Source: a bacterium (GTDB lineage: Bacteria > Patescibacteriota > Dojkabacteria > B142 > OLB20). From it: 51,691 bases of DNA. How positions within the stretch are numbered: position 1 is the stretch's first letter; each line of letters begins with the position of its first letter. The translations under genes and the position numbers were made by a program. The stretch covers positions 1 to 51,691 of the forward strand of contig JAJTYI010000006.1 of NCBI GenBank assembly GCA_021463645.1, in the 5' to 3' direction. Shown piece by piece: positions 1-10,564 of this stretch. The notes beneath the pieces were generated by a model. It made no database searches and was not told the DNA's origin. It worked only from the letters and a program-made list of their open reading frames with translations.

Positions 1-52
1 GAGTTCAGATGGAATCATAGGGGAAGAATTTATGATATACTTCTCTCAGAAT

Positions 53-313
53 TTAGAAAAAATCCACTCTAAAGTTGTCTAGACCCAAATTAAAAGTGAA
101 TCCCAAATTTAAAGGCCCTGCATAATTATCATCTCCGGATAAATTTGTATTAATTCCTGTGTAGTTGATCTCTCCTTCGATTGCACTAGAATTTTGCAAG
201 AATAGTAGATTGAAGATTAGTAAGGATATTACAAATAACAAACCTTGATAAATCTTCCGAGACATAGAATTATAAAAAGTTATGAGTACAGAGCTATCTA
301 TTATTGTAAACAT
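53..313 (-). CDS. small hypothetical protein with signal-peptide-like N-terminus
   Basis: 86-aa ORF. An internal Met (codon 17) is followed by the hydrophobic stretch LLFVISLLIFNLLFL and an SSA cleavage-like site. The mature part is Gly/Asn-rich and ends in FF. No family recognised. Confidence 0.3.
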   Translation of the reverse strand: MFTIIDSSVLITFYNSMSRKIYQGLLFVISLLIFNLLFLQNSSAIEGEINYTGINTNLSGDDNYAGPLNLGFTFNLGLDNFRVDFF

Positions 314-420
314 TTAAAATTCCGTTGGGAGTAATATAAAGATAGTTTATCTGATTATTTAGCGTAAATAAATGGATAATTGGAAAATTTTTATAATAAT
401 ATCATCCCCGTGAATTGACA

Positions 421-921
421 CTATGAGGACAATGCAGACTCATCCCATTCCCCAAGCTTTTTGTTCATAATATAATTCTTCTGACCAAAATATCCTTGTT
501 CCCTAACACCAACTCTTTTGAATCCTAGTTTCAAATAAAATGGTTCAACCTTTGGATATGTGTAAAGTTCTATCAAATGCGCTTTTTTTGTTTTGGCAAA
601 ATCTTCATAAACAGAATAAAGAGACAACCCCACTCCTTTTTTTCTAAACTCTTCTTTCACTCCTAACCAACTGATAAATGCAACGCCACCATAGGTGTAG
701 TCACCAACAATGAAACCAATTACTTTTTCACTTTCAATTGCGATGTAAATATTCCTGAAAAATCTTTCCAACCATAGAAAAAAGTTTGTTTTATTGTAAT
801 CTTTCGTGAGGAAATGATTGATGAGAGAAGGGGTATAACCTGCATAACCTTCATGCATTATTTCGGTAAACAGCTCATAAAATGCATCTAAATCCGAAGT
901 TGTAGCTTGTTTGATTACCAT
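421..921 (-). CDS. GNAT family N-acetyltransferase
   Basis: 166 aa with acetyl-CoA binding motif A (RKKGVGLSLY) and typical GNAT length and pattern. Overlaps the upstream gene by 7 nt. Confidence 0.8.
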   Translation of the reverse strand: MVIKQATTSDLDAFYELFTEIMHEGYAGYTPSLINHFLTKDYNKTNFFLWLERFFRNIYIAIESEKVIGFIVGDYTYGGVAFISWLGVKEEFRKKGVGLSLYSVYEDFAKTKKAHLIELYTYPKVEPFYLKLGFKRVGVREQGYFGQKNYIMNKKLGEWDESALSS

Positions 922-1820
922 TCTTTAGACAGTCGTTTATTTTTGGAAATCAATTTAAAATTCTTTCCACCTGTGATTAACCAATCCATCAAGATTGGTT
1001 TTAGGAAGATATGAAGTAACATTGAATAGAGTAGAACAAATGCCAATGCAATAATCAATAACAACAAATCAACTCTTATTGCTAGGAAGGCAATCAAAGT
1101 CGCTCCAATCACAACATAATATTTAATTTCTCCCATTTTGAGAGAATTTATTGCATCAATCCATTCGTTTGAGAGTTTGGAAGTGACACTTAATTTCAAA
1201 TTTCTTGAGATTATTATATTTAAGAACAGTGCATAAATGAATATTGTTAGAGCATAGTTTACTGTTTGAGCATTTATATTTAAGCCCAAGAATCCAATAG
1301 AATTAACTATTCCTATAGTTGTAAGAACTAACATTGCAAAAAGTAAAACATCACCGACCAACAGCCAAATTAAATTTACTCTAGAAATCCCACTTCCTTT
1401 CAACAAATATGCGAGGAATATTAAATAGATTATTGTTAAGGCATACAAACCATATAAAATCCTTCCACCAATCAAAATTAAGGTTGTCGGATTGTAAACT
1501 AAAACTTGAAATTCGGAAATATCTCCCAGTTTTTCAGTATAATCATCTTCCAGTTCGGAAAGTTCTTCAAGAGAGACATTTTGATAATAAACCTGATACT
1601 TGCCATCAGAGAAGGCATCAATTCGATCGAAGTCACTTAATTCTTTGATTTTAGAACTGACTTCATCAACATTCTTCACTTCTGTTAACTTAAAAGAAAC
1701 GACATTGCTACTTGCGTAATCTACTCCTAGATATAATCCTCCAAAAAGTAACAATCCCAATAACGCCAATAAAGGTACTAGGCTTGCCAAGACTATTGTT
1801 AAGGTTCTATTTTTTTGCAC
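915..1820 (-). CDS. secF: protein-export membrane protein SecF-like (divergent)
   Basis: 301 aa. An N-terminal TM is followed by LGVDYASS (compare the SecF GIDFTGG motif), an exported domain and a C-terminal multi-TM bundle. It is translationally coupled by a 14-nt overlap to the secD-like gene. Confidence 0.55.
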   Translation of the reverse strand: MQKNRTLTIVLASLVPLLALLGLLLFGGLYLGVDYASSNVVSFKLTEVKNVDEVSSKIKELSDFDRIDAFSDGKYQVYYQNVSLEELSELEDDYTEKLGDISEFQVLVYNPTTLILIGGRILYGLYALTIIYLIFLAYLLKGSGISRVNLIWLLVGDVLLFAMLVLTTIGIVNSIGFLGLNINAQTVNYALTIFIYALFLNIIISRNLKLSVTSKLSNEWIDAINSLKMGEIKYYVVIGATLIAFLAIRVDLLLLIIALAFVLLYSMLLHIFLKPILMDWLITGGKNFKLISKNKRLSKEW

Positions 1821-3183
1821 TTTTGATTGGTCTCATAAATAGTTTAAATATCGGAACAAAGAAAACAATTTTGTATATCTGCCAAACCAATACTCCCATA
1901 ATTATCACCTGGATAAATTGATTCACAGAAGCAGTAAGCAAATTCTCAAAGAATATTATAAGAGGGACCAAAATTAAAATGTTAAAGATTGGTCTCCAAC
2001 CCCTTAAGGTTTTTGATTCAACATACTCCTCAAGAAGTTTCGACTTTTTATCAAATTTATTCACCCTGAGAACTGTAGTAATCTGCTCCAAGATAAAGAG
2101 TGTCACTATCAACTGAGTAGCGAATATTAAAGAAAGACTAAGGTTTAGGTTTAAGATTTTGTGTAAAGCAATATTAACGACAGCGAATATGAAGCTCGCC
2201 ATAATCACATATAATGATTTCTTACGAAGAATTACGACTGTCAATAAAGTCATAAACCCAATTAAAGCAATGGTTATCAATTTTGCATTTTGTAACGAGT
2301 CACTCCCGTATGTGGGATTGACTACCACTGCAGGATTTGCAACTACAATCGTATCCAAACTGGGGCTACTCATCACCGCTCCTAAGACTGCATTGTTTAA
2401 TTTGCTATCAACAAGAGTTGTGTAGAGGAGAATTCGATCATGGTCTTGGTATGGATCCATATAGTATCCGCTTGCTTGGAGTGCTACGAAGGAGCCATCA
2501 AGTGAGAATATAAGTGGAGTTCCAGTAGAGATATTTGACAGAAGAGCAAGCTGTAACTTCTGTTTCGCTTCAGGTTTAAATACAATTTCTAAACCGAAAT
2601 TGTTTGGAGTCTCGGGATCACCTGAATATATACGCGAATCTGAGATAACACTCATGCCTAGAATATCATCATTTGTAATACCTGATGATCTTCTACCATC
2701 CGTGATTGAGGCAGTTTCTGCTTCGGGATCTTGAGGTGCCTCTGGATCATCTACTAAAACATCCAAATTGCCTGGACTTGAAAGTACTTGTACCAATGTT
2801 GTTTCAAGTTCTTCAGGAGTGGTCAAATGTAATTGAAATACTTCATCTTCAAGATTATAGAAACTTGTGAATTCGAAATCCCGTAAACCAATCAATCCCA
2901 TTCTTCTTGCAATAGTTTCCTCTACCTGTTTAAATTTTTGAACTTTATCACCTTCAAAAGTTTTCAAATCAACATCATATACGACCTTTGATCCACCTTG
3001 AATGTCTAAAGCAGGTTTATATGAGAAAGAATCTTGAATTAATTGAAGATTTAAATCAGTAGGATTTGGATTTGTGATTTCGTAAGACTTATCTTTATAA
3101 GTAAATGAAATTGTAGGTATTGCTACTACTAGAGCGACAAGAGCCAAAACTGCTATTAAAAACAACTGTAGTTTTAATTTCAT
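1807..3183 (-). CDS. secD: protein-export membrane protein SecD-like (divergent)
   Basis: 458 aa. N-terminal TM, then DIQGGSKVVYDVD (SecD LDLxGG-type motif), a large exported domain and C-terminal TM helices. Adjacent to the secF-like gene. Confidence 0.6.
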   Translation of the reverse strand: MKLKLQLFLIAVLALVALVVAIPTISFTYKDKSYEITNPNPTDLNLQLIQDSFSYKPALDIQGGSKVVYDVDLKTFEGDKVQKFKQVEETIARRMGLIGLRDFEFTSFYNLEDEVFQLHLTTPEELETTLVQVLSSPGNLDVLVDDPEAPQDPEAETASITDGRRSSGITNDDILGMSVISDSRIYSGDPETPNNFGLEIVFKPEAKQKLQLALLSNISTGTPLIFSLDGSFVALQASGYYMDPYQDHDRILLYTTLVDSKLNNAVLGAVMSSPSLDTIVVANPAVVVNPTYGSDSLQNAKLITIALIGFMTLLTVVILRKKSLYVIMASFIFAVVNIALHKILNLNLSLSLIFATQLIVTLFILEQITTVLRVNKFDKKSKLLEEYVESKTLRGWRPIFNILILVPLIIFFENLLTASVNQFIQVIIMGVLVWQIYKIVFFVPIFKLFMRPIKSAKK

Positions 3184-3287
3184 TTCACTGAGAACAATAA
3201 GGGCTAATTCTATCAGTTGGATTGAAGTTTGTATATATTTACCCCATAGATTTTCCGAGTTATAATCACGAAACGAATTAATATTAC

Positions 3288-4478
3288 ATGGACAAACGTT
3301 TAAAACGAAACCTTATTCTCTTCTATATAACTAGAAGTCTGTTTATACCTTTTTTCTGGCTGGCTATTTTATATATCTATCTGACAGAAAACAAAGGTCT
3401 TAGTCCAGCATCCACAATGTTCCTACTTAGTTTGCAAGAATTCTTATTAATTTTTTTGGAAGTTCCAACAGGTGTAATTGCGGATAAAATCTCACGTAGA
3501 GTTTCTGTTGCCCTAGGATATATTCTCACTTCGTTACCATTTCTGATTATTCCATTCACCGACAGTTATTTAATATTTATTGCAATTTTTTCAATCAAAG
3601 CTATAGGAAAAGCCCTAACTTCTGGAGCTGACAATTCCCTACTATATGATTTACTCGCGGACTATGATTCGACTAGCTTATACAAAAAAATCCTAAACAA
3701 ATCGAAGTCGTTGATGATGCTTGTAACCGCTATATGCATTTTTATCGGGGGGTTCTTGGCCGAAATAAATATCGAGCTAACTTTAATTCTCCCTTTCCCT
3801 TTGATGCTAATTGGAGCCATATCAGTAATTTTAATGGACGAGCCAGAAACATCTAGAAAAGCAAAAGAAATCCAACAACAAAATTATTTTAATCATACAT
3901 CAGAAGCATTTCGAAATATTCTTGGGAATAGACAACTTTTAACCCTAGCTCTCATTTGGTCAATAGTTATGGGGTTAATTGTTAATCTAAAATGGATTTA
4001 TACTCCAATTTTCCAAGCTTTGGAATTAAATTTAGTTATCATAGGAGGCCTAACAACAGGATTATACTTATTGAGATCTGTTTTAGCCTTTATCAGCGTC
4101 AGATTAATGCAGATTGATAACTTAAAATCTTTGCCGCTATACTCAATAATTTTGTCAATTTCATTTATTTTCCCTATTCTTATCTATAATCCAATTATTG
4201 TTATCCTGACCCTAATCAGCATTACTCTCTTTTCGGAGACTTTGATGGCTATCTCGGAAGAGGAAATTCAATTAAAAATTGAAAGTAAGAATAGATCTAC
4301 TGCAATGTCGGGAATAAATTTAATTTCTAGCGTAGTGGCTACAATTATGTTGAATGGTTTTGGAATTCTTAACAATGACTACGGTATAAAAATATCTCTT
4401 TTATTCTTAGTATTACTACTATCGGTAAATATATTCCTGAGTATCTATTATAGAAAGTTGAAGTTATCTAGAATTTAG
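3288..4478 (+). CDS. MFS transporter
   Basis: 396 aa with about 12 predicted TM helices. The loop motif LEVPTGVIADKISRR resembles the MFS signature between TM2 and TM3. Confidence 0.75.
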   Translation: MDKRLKRNLILFYITRSLFIPFFWLAILYIYLTENKGLSPASTMFLLSLQEFLLIFLEVPTGVIADKISRRVSVALGYILTSLPFLIIPFTDSYLIFIAIFSIKAIGKALTSGADNSLLYDLLADYDSTSLYKKILNKSKSLMMLVTAICIFIGGFLAEINIELTLILPFPLMLIGAISVILMDEPETSRKAKEIQQQNYFNHTSEAFRNILGNRQLLTLALIWSIVMGLIVNLKWIYTPIFQALELNLVIIGGLTTGLYLLRSVLAFISVRLMQIDNLKSLPLYSIILSISFIFPILIYNPIIVILTLISITLFSETLMAISEEEIQLKIESKNRSTAMSGINLISSVVATIMLNGFGILNNDYGIKISLLFLVLLLSVNIFLSIYYRKLKLSRI

Positions 4479-4492
4479 AGAAGTTAAGAACT

Positions 4493-6571
4493 TTACCAAG
4501 CACCACTACCGCCTCCACCACCTCCTCCTCCGGAGAAGCCACCTGAGAAACCTCCACCCCCACTCCAACCACCACCAGTTGCAGTCCCTGATGATGAAGG
4601 ACTCACCGTCATAGCGGTTGCTGTAGTTGTGTTGAAAGTAGAAAGCGAATTTACCAGATAAATCGTGTTAAAAGTACTTATGTCTCCTTCATACCAATCA
4701 GGGGTGCCTTTGTAGATGTCTTTGAATTTTTCTGCCCATTGTTTTTCGATTCCAAAAACAATCGCATATGGTAAGAATTTCTCAAAAGTTTCGGGTGTAA
4801 GATTCTGTACACGATATTTCTCTGCCGTTTCCATATACATTTTGAAACCCAATACTTTGTGGAATATTTGGGATCCGAGCTCTGTCTTCGATGGCATATG
4901 CTTTGAAACAATGAGCAATACCAAACCTAATATTCCTAAGGCAATTCCGGTCCCCCAGAAAATTGGCAAAACCGTAGAGGCCACTACTAAACCTACTCCA
5001 ACAATCATTACCAGAAATCCAATTCCCAAATATTTAGTTCTGACGCTATCAGGTTTGTCATCGAAGTATTTCGCAGAGACCAGTTCTTCGTAAATTTTCT
5101 TTTTTATTCCGGGAAGGCGTGTGTAGAATTTATTCTTTAAGTCATTTGTAGTAACCCTTTCCTTGGTGCCAAATACCGCACCCATTAGTTCTTTTTCGGG
5201 TTCCGAGAGATCAGTAAATTCCTTTTGTTTGATTAATTCGAAATCAGCCTTTTTCAGTTTGATTCCCAAAACTTCTTTCGCACCAAATTCTTTGATTTTA
5301 ATGTATCCACGGTATGCAAGATCAATAATCGAAGATGTAATATCTTTAATATCGACCATTTCGTCTTTTAATGATCCCAATAAATATGGTCGAATCTCAT
5401 CAGGAGGACTATATTCAGGAACAACAATACTTTTATCAATACGATCACGACCTTTAGTCTTCCAAAGTTGATATATCCTAATAGCGCCAAGTGGTAATAA
5501 CAATATTCCAAGAAGATTTATTACAAATATTAAGCTCTGTTTAATTTTTTCTTCTCGGGTAAATTCTAGATTTACTTCCAAATCTTTTATTTCGCCTGAT
5601 TCTAATTCAATGTTGAATTCTTTTGGGATGCGACCTTTTTGACTAAAAACAAGCTTATGTTCACCAGGAGGTAACCCTGCTACTTTCTCACTAACTCCTG
5701 GAAAACTTACAACATTGTTAATGACCAAATCCTGTTCCTCAGGGTTAAGTTTCAAATTTAAAGTAGCGTATTTATCAATCATTCCCTTTGGAAGTTTTTG
5801 CAGAACAGTTAAATTCTCTCCCGGAAGAAGATTATCTTTTGTGATTATTACTCTTGTTCCATTATTTGCTGACTCCACAGAATAATCGTTTCCATGACCA
5901 GGAATAGTCAAGCTTAAATTTGAAGTATCTACAGGACCTGGGTAGTTAATTGTGACACGACCTTTCTCAACAACATAATCACGATCATCCCATATTGCAT
6001 TCCAGTAAAGCAAATCATGGTCATCAAAATACCCTGGGGCACCAAACACCTTGTACTTCAGAGAGAATGTAACTACTTCATTGTTAAAATTTATCCCTTC
6101 TTCAGAAAAAATCCAATTAATTGCGAATATTTTATCGCTCCCGTCTTGTTTAATTAACACCAAGTATTTGTTTGGTGGGACAACTGGGTTACCATTACTT
6201 GTGTAGGTTATTTCGTCATCATCTGCCATTTCAAGTAAATTTCCATCATTGTCTCTTACTTCCAACAAATCTAAAGTCTCGAAACCACCACATAATAAAT
6301 ATTGATTTTCTTTGCACCTTTGTAGTGCCTCACTGGAAATTAAACGTATATCTCTCGTAATAGCATGGTATTCCCCATTAAATCTATAACGTAAGACTTC
6401 AGTCACATCCATTGTAGAGTCTTTGTTTTGATCGATAGTTACATCAATTGTTTCGTAAACAAAACTTCTCTCCTGCGCTATGACTATTCCCGGACTGAGA
6501 AATAGGTAACCTAAAGTTAATAAGAATGCGACTACAAAATACTTAATATTACTAATAAGTTTAGTCATCAT
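4493..6571 (-). CDS. DUF2207-type membrane protein with poly-Gly C-terminal tail
   Basis: 692 aa. Signal/TM segment, large exported domain, three central TM helices, and a C-terminal tail GGGWSGGGGFSGGFSGGGGGGGGSGAW. It lies immediately downstream of lemA, the usual pairing. Confidence 0.75.
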   Translation of the reverse strand: MMTKLISNIKYFVVAFLLTLGYLFLSPGIVIAQERSFVYETIDVTIDQNKDSTMDVTEVLRYRFNGEYHAITRDIRLISSEALQRCKENQYLLCGGFETLDLLEVRDNDGNLLEMADDDEITYTSNGNPVVPPNKYLVLIKQDGSDKIFAINWIFSEEGINFNNEVVTFSLKYKVFGAPGYFDDHDLLYWNAIWDDRDYVVEKGRVTINYPGPVDTSNLSLTIPGHGNDYSVESANNGTRVIITKDNLLPGENLTVLQKLPKGMIDKYATLNLKLNPEEQDLVINNVVSFPGVSEKVAGLPPGEHKLVFSQKGRIPKEFNIELESGEIKDLEVNLEFTREEKIKQSLIFVINLLGILLLPLGAIRIYQLWKTKGRDRIDKSIVVPEYSPPDEIRPYLLGSLKDEMVDIKDITSSIIDLAYRGYIKIKEFGAKEVLGIKLKKADFELIKQKEFTDLSEPEKELMGAVFGTKERVTTNDLKNKFYTRLPGIKKKIYEELVSAKYFDDKPDSVRTKYLGIGFLVMIVGVGLVVASTVLPIFWGTGIALGILGLVLLIVSKHMPSKTELGSQIFHKVLGFKMYMETAEKYRVQNLTPETFEKFLPYAIVFGIEKQWAEKFKDIYKGTPDWYEGDISTFNTIYLVNSLSTFNTTTATAMTVSPSSSGTATGGGWSGGGGFSGGFSGGGGGGGGSGAW

Positions 6572-6576
6572 ATTCG

Positions 6577-7161
6577 TTATTTGGTTTCCTTTTCGGAGAA
6601 ATCTACTTTTACGTTTTGTTTCTCAGCTTCGTCAGCTTCGAAGAATTCTTTGTTCTTGAATCCTAGAACACCACCGATAAGATTGTTTGGAAAAACTGCA
6701 AGTTTAAGATTGAATTCACGCACTGCACCGTTGTAATAGCGTCTTGCTCCTTGGATTTCTTCTTCTATAGTTTGAAGTGTTTTTTGTAAATCTAGGAAGT
6801 TTGCGTCTGCTTTCAATTGAGGGTAATTTTCTGCAACTGCAAACAATGTTCTCAAAGTTGAAGTAAGTTCACCTTCAATTTTTCCTTTTTCCTCAACGCT
6901 CTCAGTTTTCATTGCGGCCGATCTCAGTTCTGCGATTTTCTCGAATGTCTCTTTTTCGTGCTTAGCATAACCTTTTACCGTTTCGACAATATTAGGTATC
7001 AAGTCATATCTTCGTTTTAATTGTACATCAATCCCACTCCATGCCTCTTCGACAAGCACTCGTAATTTAACCAATCCATTGTATAGGGCAATTACAAACC
7101 CAACTAATCCTAAGATTACTGCGCCAATAATTACAAAAACTGCCATTGATCCTGCAAACAT
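6577..7161 (-). CDS. lemA: LemA family protein
   Basis: 194 aa. N-terminal TM followed by the conserved LemA core (YNGLVKLR, WSGIDVQLKRRYDLIPN, RRYYNGAVREFN). Confidence 0.9.
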   Translation of the reverse strand: MFAGSMAVFVIIGAVILGLVGFVIALYNGLVKLRVLVEEAWSGIDVQLKRRYDLIPNIVETVKGYAKHEKETFEKIAELRSAAMKTESVEEKGKIEGELTSTLRTLFAVAENYPQLKADANFLDLQKTLQTIEEEIQGARRYYNGAVREFNLKLAVFPNNLIGGVLGFKNKEFFEADEAEKQNVKVDFSEKETK

Positions 7162-7182
7162 TTTATTTATTTAATAATTAAA

Positions 7183-9021
7183 TTAATTAATATATATTCT
7201 CCAATTTTCAATAGTATCGAACCGTTCTTCCAGATTGCTAATCTTCGAAATATCCACATTCTTCACTCTTCTGTTAATTATATAAGTTTCCTTAGGATGG
7301 TACAAGAAAATTACCGGTACATCCTCTGCAATAATCTCCTGAAAGAGTGTGTATTTGGTTGTTCTCGTTTCTTTATTTGTGATTTTTCTGGCGTCATCAA
7401 GGATATCATCTATCTCTGGAATTTTTTTTGTAACAACCCTACCTTGTTTCTCAGGATCTGGAACAACTGCCAAAACTTCACGCGATGACCTATAAGAACT
7501 GATATTAAGTCCTGGATGGCTTATCTGTGAACTATGAAAAAGCTCATATCTGTCTGGGTCTATAAATGTCTGTACACCAAATAGCAACGATCCGAATTGT
7601 TTTGGGATAATATACTCATCGCGAACTTTTGCCAAACTTTCTGGAACTATTTTGACATTTATGCCCACTTCCGCGAGATCCTGGTTTATGACCGTAGCAA
7701 TCTTTTCTCGATCTTCATTGTCTACATAGAGAAGTTCAAACTCCAGCTGCTTACCATCTTTCTCTCGGTATAGCTTACCCGGAGGCAATACCCATCCAAG
7801 TTCATCTAATAATTCTGCAGATTTAACTGGATCAAAAGAATATTTATTTACATCTGCATATGCGAAAGAACTTCTTGGAATTGAACTGTCCGAAACCTCA
7901 GCATATCCTAGCAGTGTTTCGACAATTCTGTCTTTGTTGATTGCGGAGGAGATTGCCTGTCGCAACTTTTTTTCTGCAAATAATTCATTGTCCAAGTTAA
8001 AATACATCGCCCAGTATTGATTATAAATAACGTCACTTGTGAGAACCTGTGTGGCGTAATTGTCATTCAAATCTCGCAAATTATCTATGCTAATGCCTGC
8101 CAAACCATGAATCTGACCAGATTTGATTGCATTAACAGCACTAACTTCGCTTGGGAATAAATCAAACTTTAATATCTCAATCGCAATCTCTTGCCTGTAC
8201 TGCAGATTTCTTCTCAGCGTAATAGACTGAGCTTCTACTCTCTGTAATCGGAAAGGACCTGTACCTACTGGATTTCTATTAAGGATAGGATCCGATGTGT
8301 TTATATTCTGTGGATTCACATCAGTTAGCATATGTTCAGGAAGGATTTTGAAACTCATTGCTTCGAAAAAAGATGGGATTACGGTGTTTTCTTGGAATGA
8401 AATGTCAAAGGAATAATCGTCTATTACGTTCAGTTTCATATTCACTGCAGCTCTCGAATGGATAGTGCTAGTCTCAGCAGAATTTTCCAGTTGTTGGAGT
8501 AGTTTAAATGTGGCAGAGACGTCTTTGGAAGTAAGGGTCTCCCCATCATGCCACGTCACGTCTTTCAGTAGATGGAATCGATAACGGCTTCCATTGTCCA
8601 GAGATTCGTAATTTTCAATTAAAATATTTTGAATATTTCCACTCTGATCAATTTTAATCAAGCTTTCATACACTAAGTCTCCCAAGTCTTTTTCTAACTG
8701 AATTTCACTAACGATTAAAGGACTTACTCTGTTAAGTTGTCTAAGTTCCCCATTGGTATCGACTCCCACGATTACCCCTTCAACAAAAGTATTGGTATTT
8801 ATTTTAAAGAATGCATTTACGTTTTGAGATACCAAAGAAACAATTCCAACAGTCACGAAAATAATGGTGAAAAAATGACTAAATGGTCTTGAATCTCTAT
8901 AGAGATCCGCCAATCTGATTACAGGAGAAGAATTTCCTATAAAAAGTAAATCAGGAATATTCCAAAGGTAACTTCTAATCGAATAAATTAGTTTTTGGAG
9001 CGATTGTAGTAAAAAAAGCAT
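7183..9021 (-). CDS. ABC transporter substrate-binding protein, family 5 (peptide/nickel type)
   Basis: 612 aa. N-terminal membrane anchor and family-5 SBP-like blocks (VTWHDGETLTSKDV, GTGPFRL, DLFPSE). Confidence 0.75.
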   Translation of the reverse strand: MLFLLQSLQKLIYSIRSYLWNIPDLLFIGNSSPVIRLADLYRDSRPFSHFFTIIFVTVGIVSLVSQNVNAFFKINTNTFVEGVIVGVDTNGELRQLNRVSPLIVSEIQLEKDLGDLVYESLIKIDQSGNIQNILIENYESLDNGSRYRFHLLKDVTWHDGETLTSKDVSATFKLLQQLENSAETSTIHSRAAVNMKLNVIDDYSFDISFQENTVIPSFFEAMSFKILPEHMLTDVNPQNINTSDPILNRNPVGTGPFRLQRVEAQSITLRRNLQYRQEIAIEILKFDLFPSEVSAVNAIKSGQIHGLAGISIDNLRDLNDNYATQVLTSDVIYNQYWAMYFNLDNELFAEKKLRQAISSAINKDRIVETLLGYAEVSDSSIPRSSFAYADVNKYSFDPVKSAELLDELGWVLPPGKLYREKDGKQLEFELLYVDNEDREKIATVINQDLAEVGINVKIVPESLAKVRDEYIIPKQFGSLLFGVQTFIDPDRYELFHSSQISHPGLNISSYRSSREVLAVVPDPEKQGRVVTKKIPEIDDILDDARKITNKETRTTKYTLFQEIIAEDVPVIFLYHPKETYIINRRVKNVDISKISNLEERFDTIENWRIYIN

Positions 9022-9023
9022 TT

Positions 9024-9260
9024 TTAAGTAGCATTAGCTATAGCAATAGCCAATCCCACAACAACAAATAATACAATTAGTAAGATGGTTGCATTAAAAA
9101 AGAATTTTTCTGCACCTCTTTTTGAGCGATAGCTTTCGCCACCCCCAGAACCACCAAACATAGTACCTAATCCAGACCCTTGTTGTTGTAAAAGAATAAA
9201 AATAACCAACAATACACCTATTATGATGAAGACAATGTTTAGTATGTTCTTTATGTCCAT
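9024..9260 (-). CDS. secG: preprotein translocase subunit SecG
   Basis: 78 aa with two TM helices flanking the Gly-rich loop LLQQQGSGLGTMFGGSGGG, typical of bacterial SecG. Confidence 0.8.
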   Translation of the reverse strand: MDIKNILNIVFIIIGVLLVIFILLQQQGSGLGTMFGGSGGGESYRSKRGAEKFFFNATILLIVLFVVVGLAIAIANAT

Positions 9261-9276
9261 TTTGAAAATTATAAAT

Positions 9277-9696
9277 TTAGAATTTCCCTTTGTTCAGGAA
9301 CTGTAAAATTATACTACAAATGTTTGAAAAGACAGAAACAAATCCTATTACAGAGAGTGCATTTGGTAAAGTCAATAATTTAGGTGTTGTAAACCAAATA
9401 AAATCAAAATCACCTACGAAACCACGTGAGAAGTTCATCACATCGGGAATAGTCACTGATATTACCCAGAGAAAAATAAAGGTTAAACCACCACCTATTA
9501 ATAATTTCCCCCATACATTCTTTGGAAATCGAAAAAATCTTAGTATTTCAGGTAATACCAAAATCAATAATCCATAGATTGATGCCGTGATGAAATAACC
9601 AGCGGAGCCATTAGGACTTGAGACTCCTGGCATGGTGCTTACAACTAACCAAAAAATCATAAAGTGAATTACAAAATGTTCTATATTTTTGAGCAT
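9277..9696 (-). CDS. hypothetical 4-TM membrane protein
   Basis: 139 aa with four hydrophobic helices. No catalytic motif recognised. Confidence 0.4.
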   Translation of the reverse strand: MLKNIEHFVIHFMIFWLVVSTMPGVSSPNGSAGYFITASIYGLLILVLPEILRFFRFPKNVWGKLLIGGGLTFIFLWVISVTIPDVMNFSRGFVGDFDFIWFTTPKLLTLPNALSVIGFVSVFSNICSIILQFLNKGKF

Positions 9697-9743
9697 TATA
9701 TTGACTAATAATTAGAATATTGTAGTCCAATCAAAGAATTGTC

Positions 9744-10457
9744 TCAAGTAACTTCTGTCCCGACATATTCTTGACCTTTGAGATATTTACCGAAGTTCTC
9801 CAGATCATCTCCTCCTAAGATTACAAACTTCAATTTTCTTTCCATTGCCATTCTGCTGGCAATAGGATCAATTGGATAGTTTCCACCTGGTTCATGTTTA
9901 TCTTTATTTCCTATAATATCCAGATATTCTCGCCATGAAATTTTCGACAGTCTTTTAGCTTTTGGATTTAACTTAGGGTCTGCATCATAAACTCCATCGA
10001 CATTTTTCAAGCTTACAATGATTTTAGAATTAAGCATATCACTAGCAAGTATGGCATCTACGTCTCCACTATGACCAGGTCTACCACCACCTCCTACTTT
10101 TATTTTATGATCAATCTTGAACTTTTCTTTTTCTCCTTCGTAGTAATCCTCGTATTTTATGACGTCTTCGTCAGCTAATTGTGCAAAATAGGCGTTTACT
10201 AAATATGCATGCAGAACGTTGACAGTAGTACCCACCCAATGGATACTCATATCGTCTACGACACCCGCCTCTCGGGCTAAATCACGATATTTTCGCATTG
10301 TATATCCACCTCCTACAGCTATGAAAAATTTGTTTTCTTGAAGACTAGCTTCTGTTAATACATCTTTCAAGCCTGATAAATAGCCATAGTCAAAAACCTC
10401 AGTCTCACTTTTAGACAATAATGATCCACCTAATTTGATTACAATAGTTGATTCCAT
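9744..10457 (-). CDS. pyrH: UMP kinase, short archaeal-like type (amino-acid kinase fold)
   Basis: 237 aa. Motifs IVIKLGGSLL, VGGGYTMRKY, GGGGRPGHSGDVDAILAS and NVDGVYDADPKLNPKA. The PGHSxD block resembles archaeal PyrH rather than the bacterial GNPFFTTD block. Confidence 0.7.
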   Translation of the reverse strand: MESTIVIKLGGSLLSKSETEVFDYGYLSGLKDVLTEASLQENKFFIAVGGGYTMRKYRDLAREAGVVDDMSIHWVGTTVNVLHAYLVNAYFAQLADEDVIKYEDYYEGEKEKFKIDHKIKVGGGGRPGHSGDVDAILASDMLNSKIIVSLKNVDGVYDADPKLNPKAKRLSKISWREYLDIIGNKDKHEPGGNYPIDPIASRMAMERKLKFVILGGDDLENFGKYLKGQEYVGTEVT

Positions 10458-10564
10458 ATATTCATAATAATATTTAAGAAATATGACATTATTAACACAA
10501 AAATAACAGATATTCAGGAATTTTTCAGTTTTTTATTATTAAATTAGATAGATTAATTTGATAA

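Noticed and set aside
4496-4580. A GC-rich CCACC/CCTCC tract read as a tandem DNA repeat or slippage-prone contingency tract.
   Set aside because: It encodes the poly-Gly/Ser tail typical of DUF2207 proteins. The codons are mixed (GGT, GGA, GGC, GGG) rather than a perfect nucleotide repeat.
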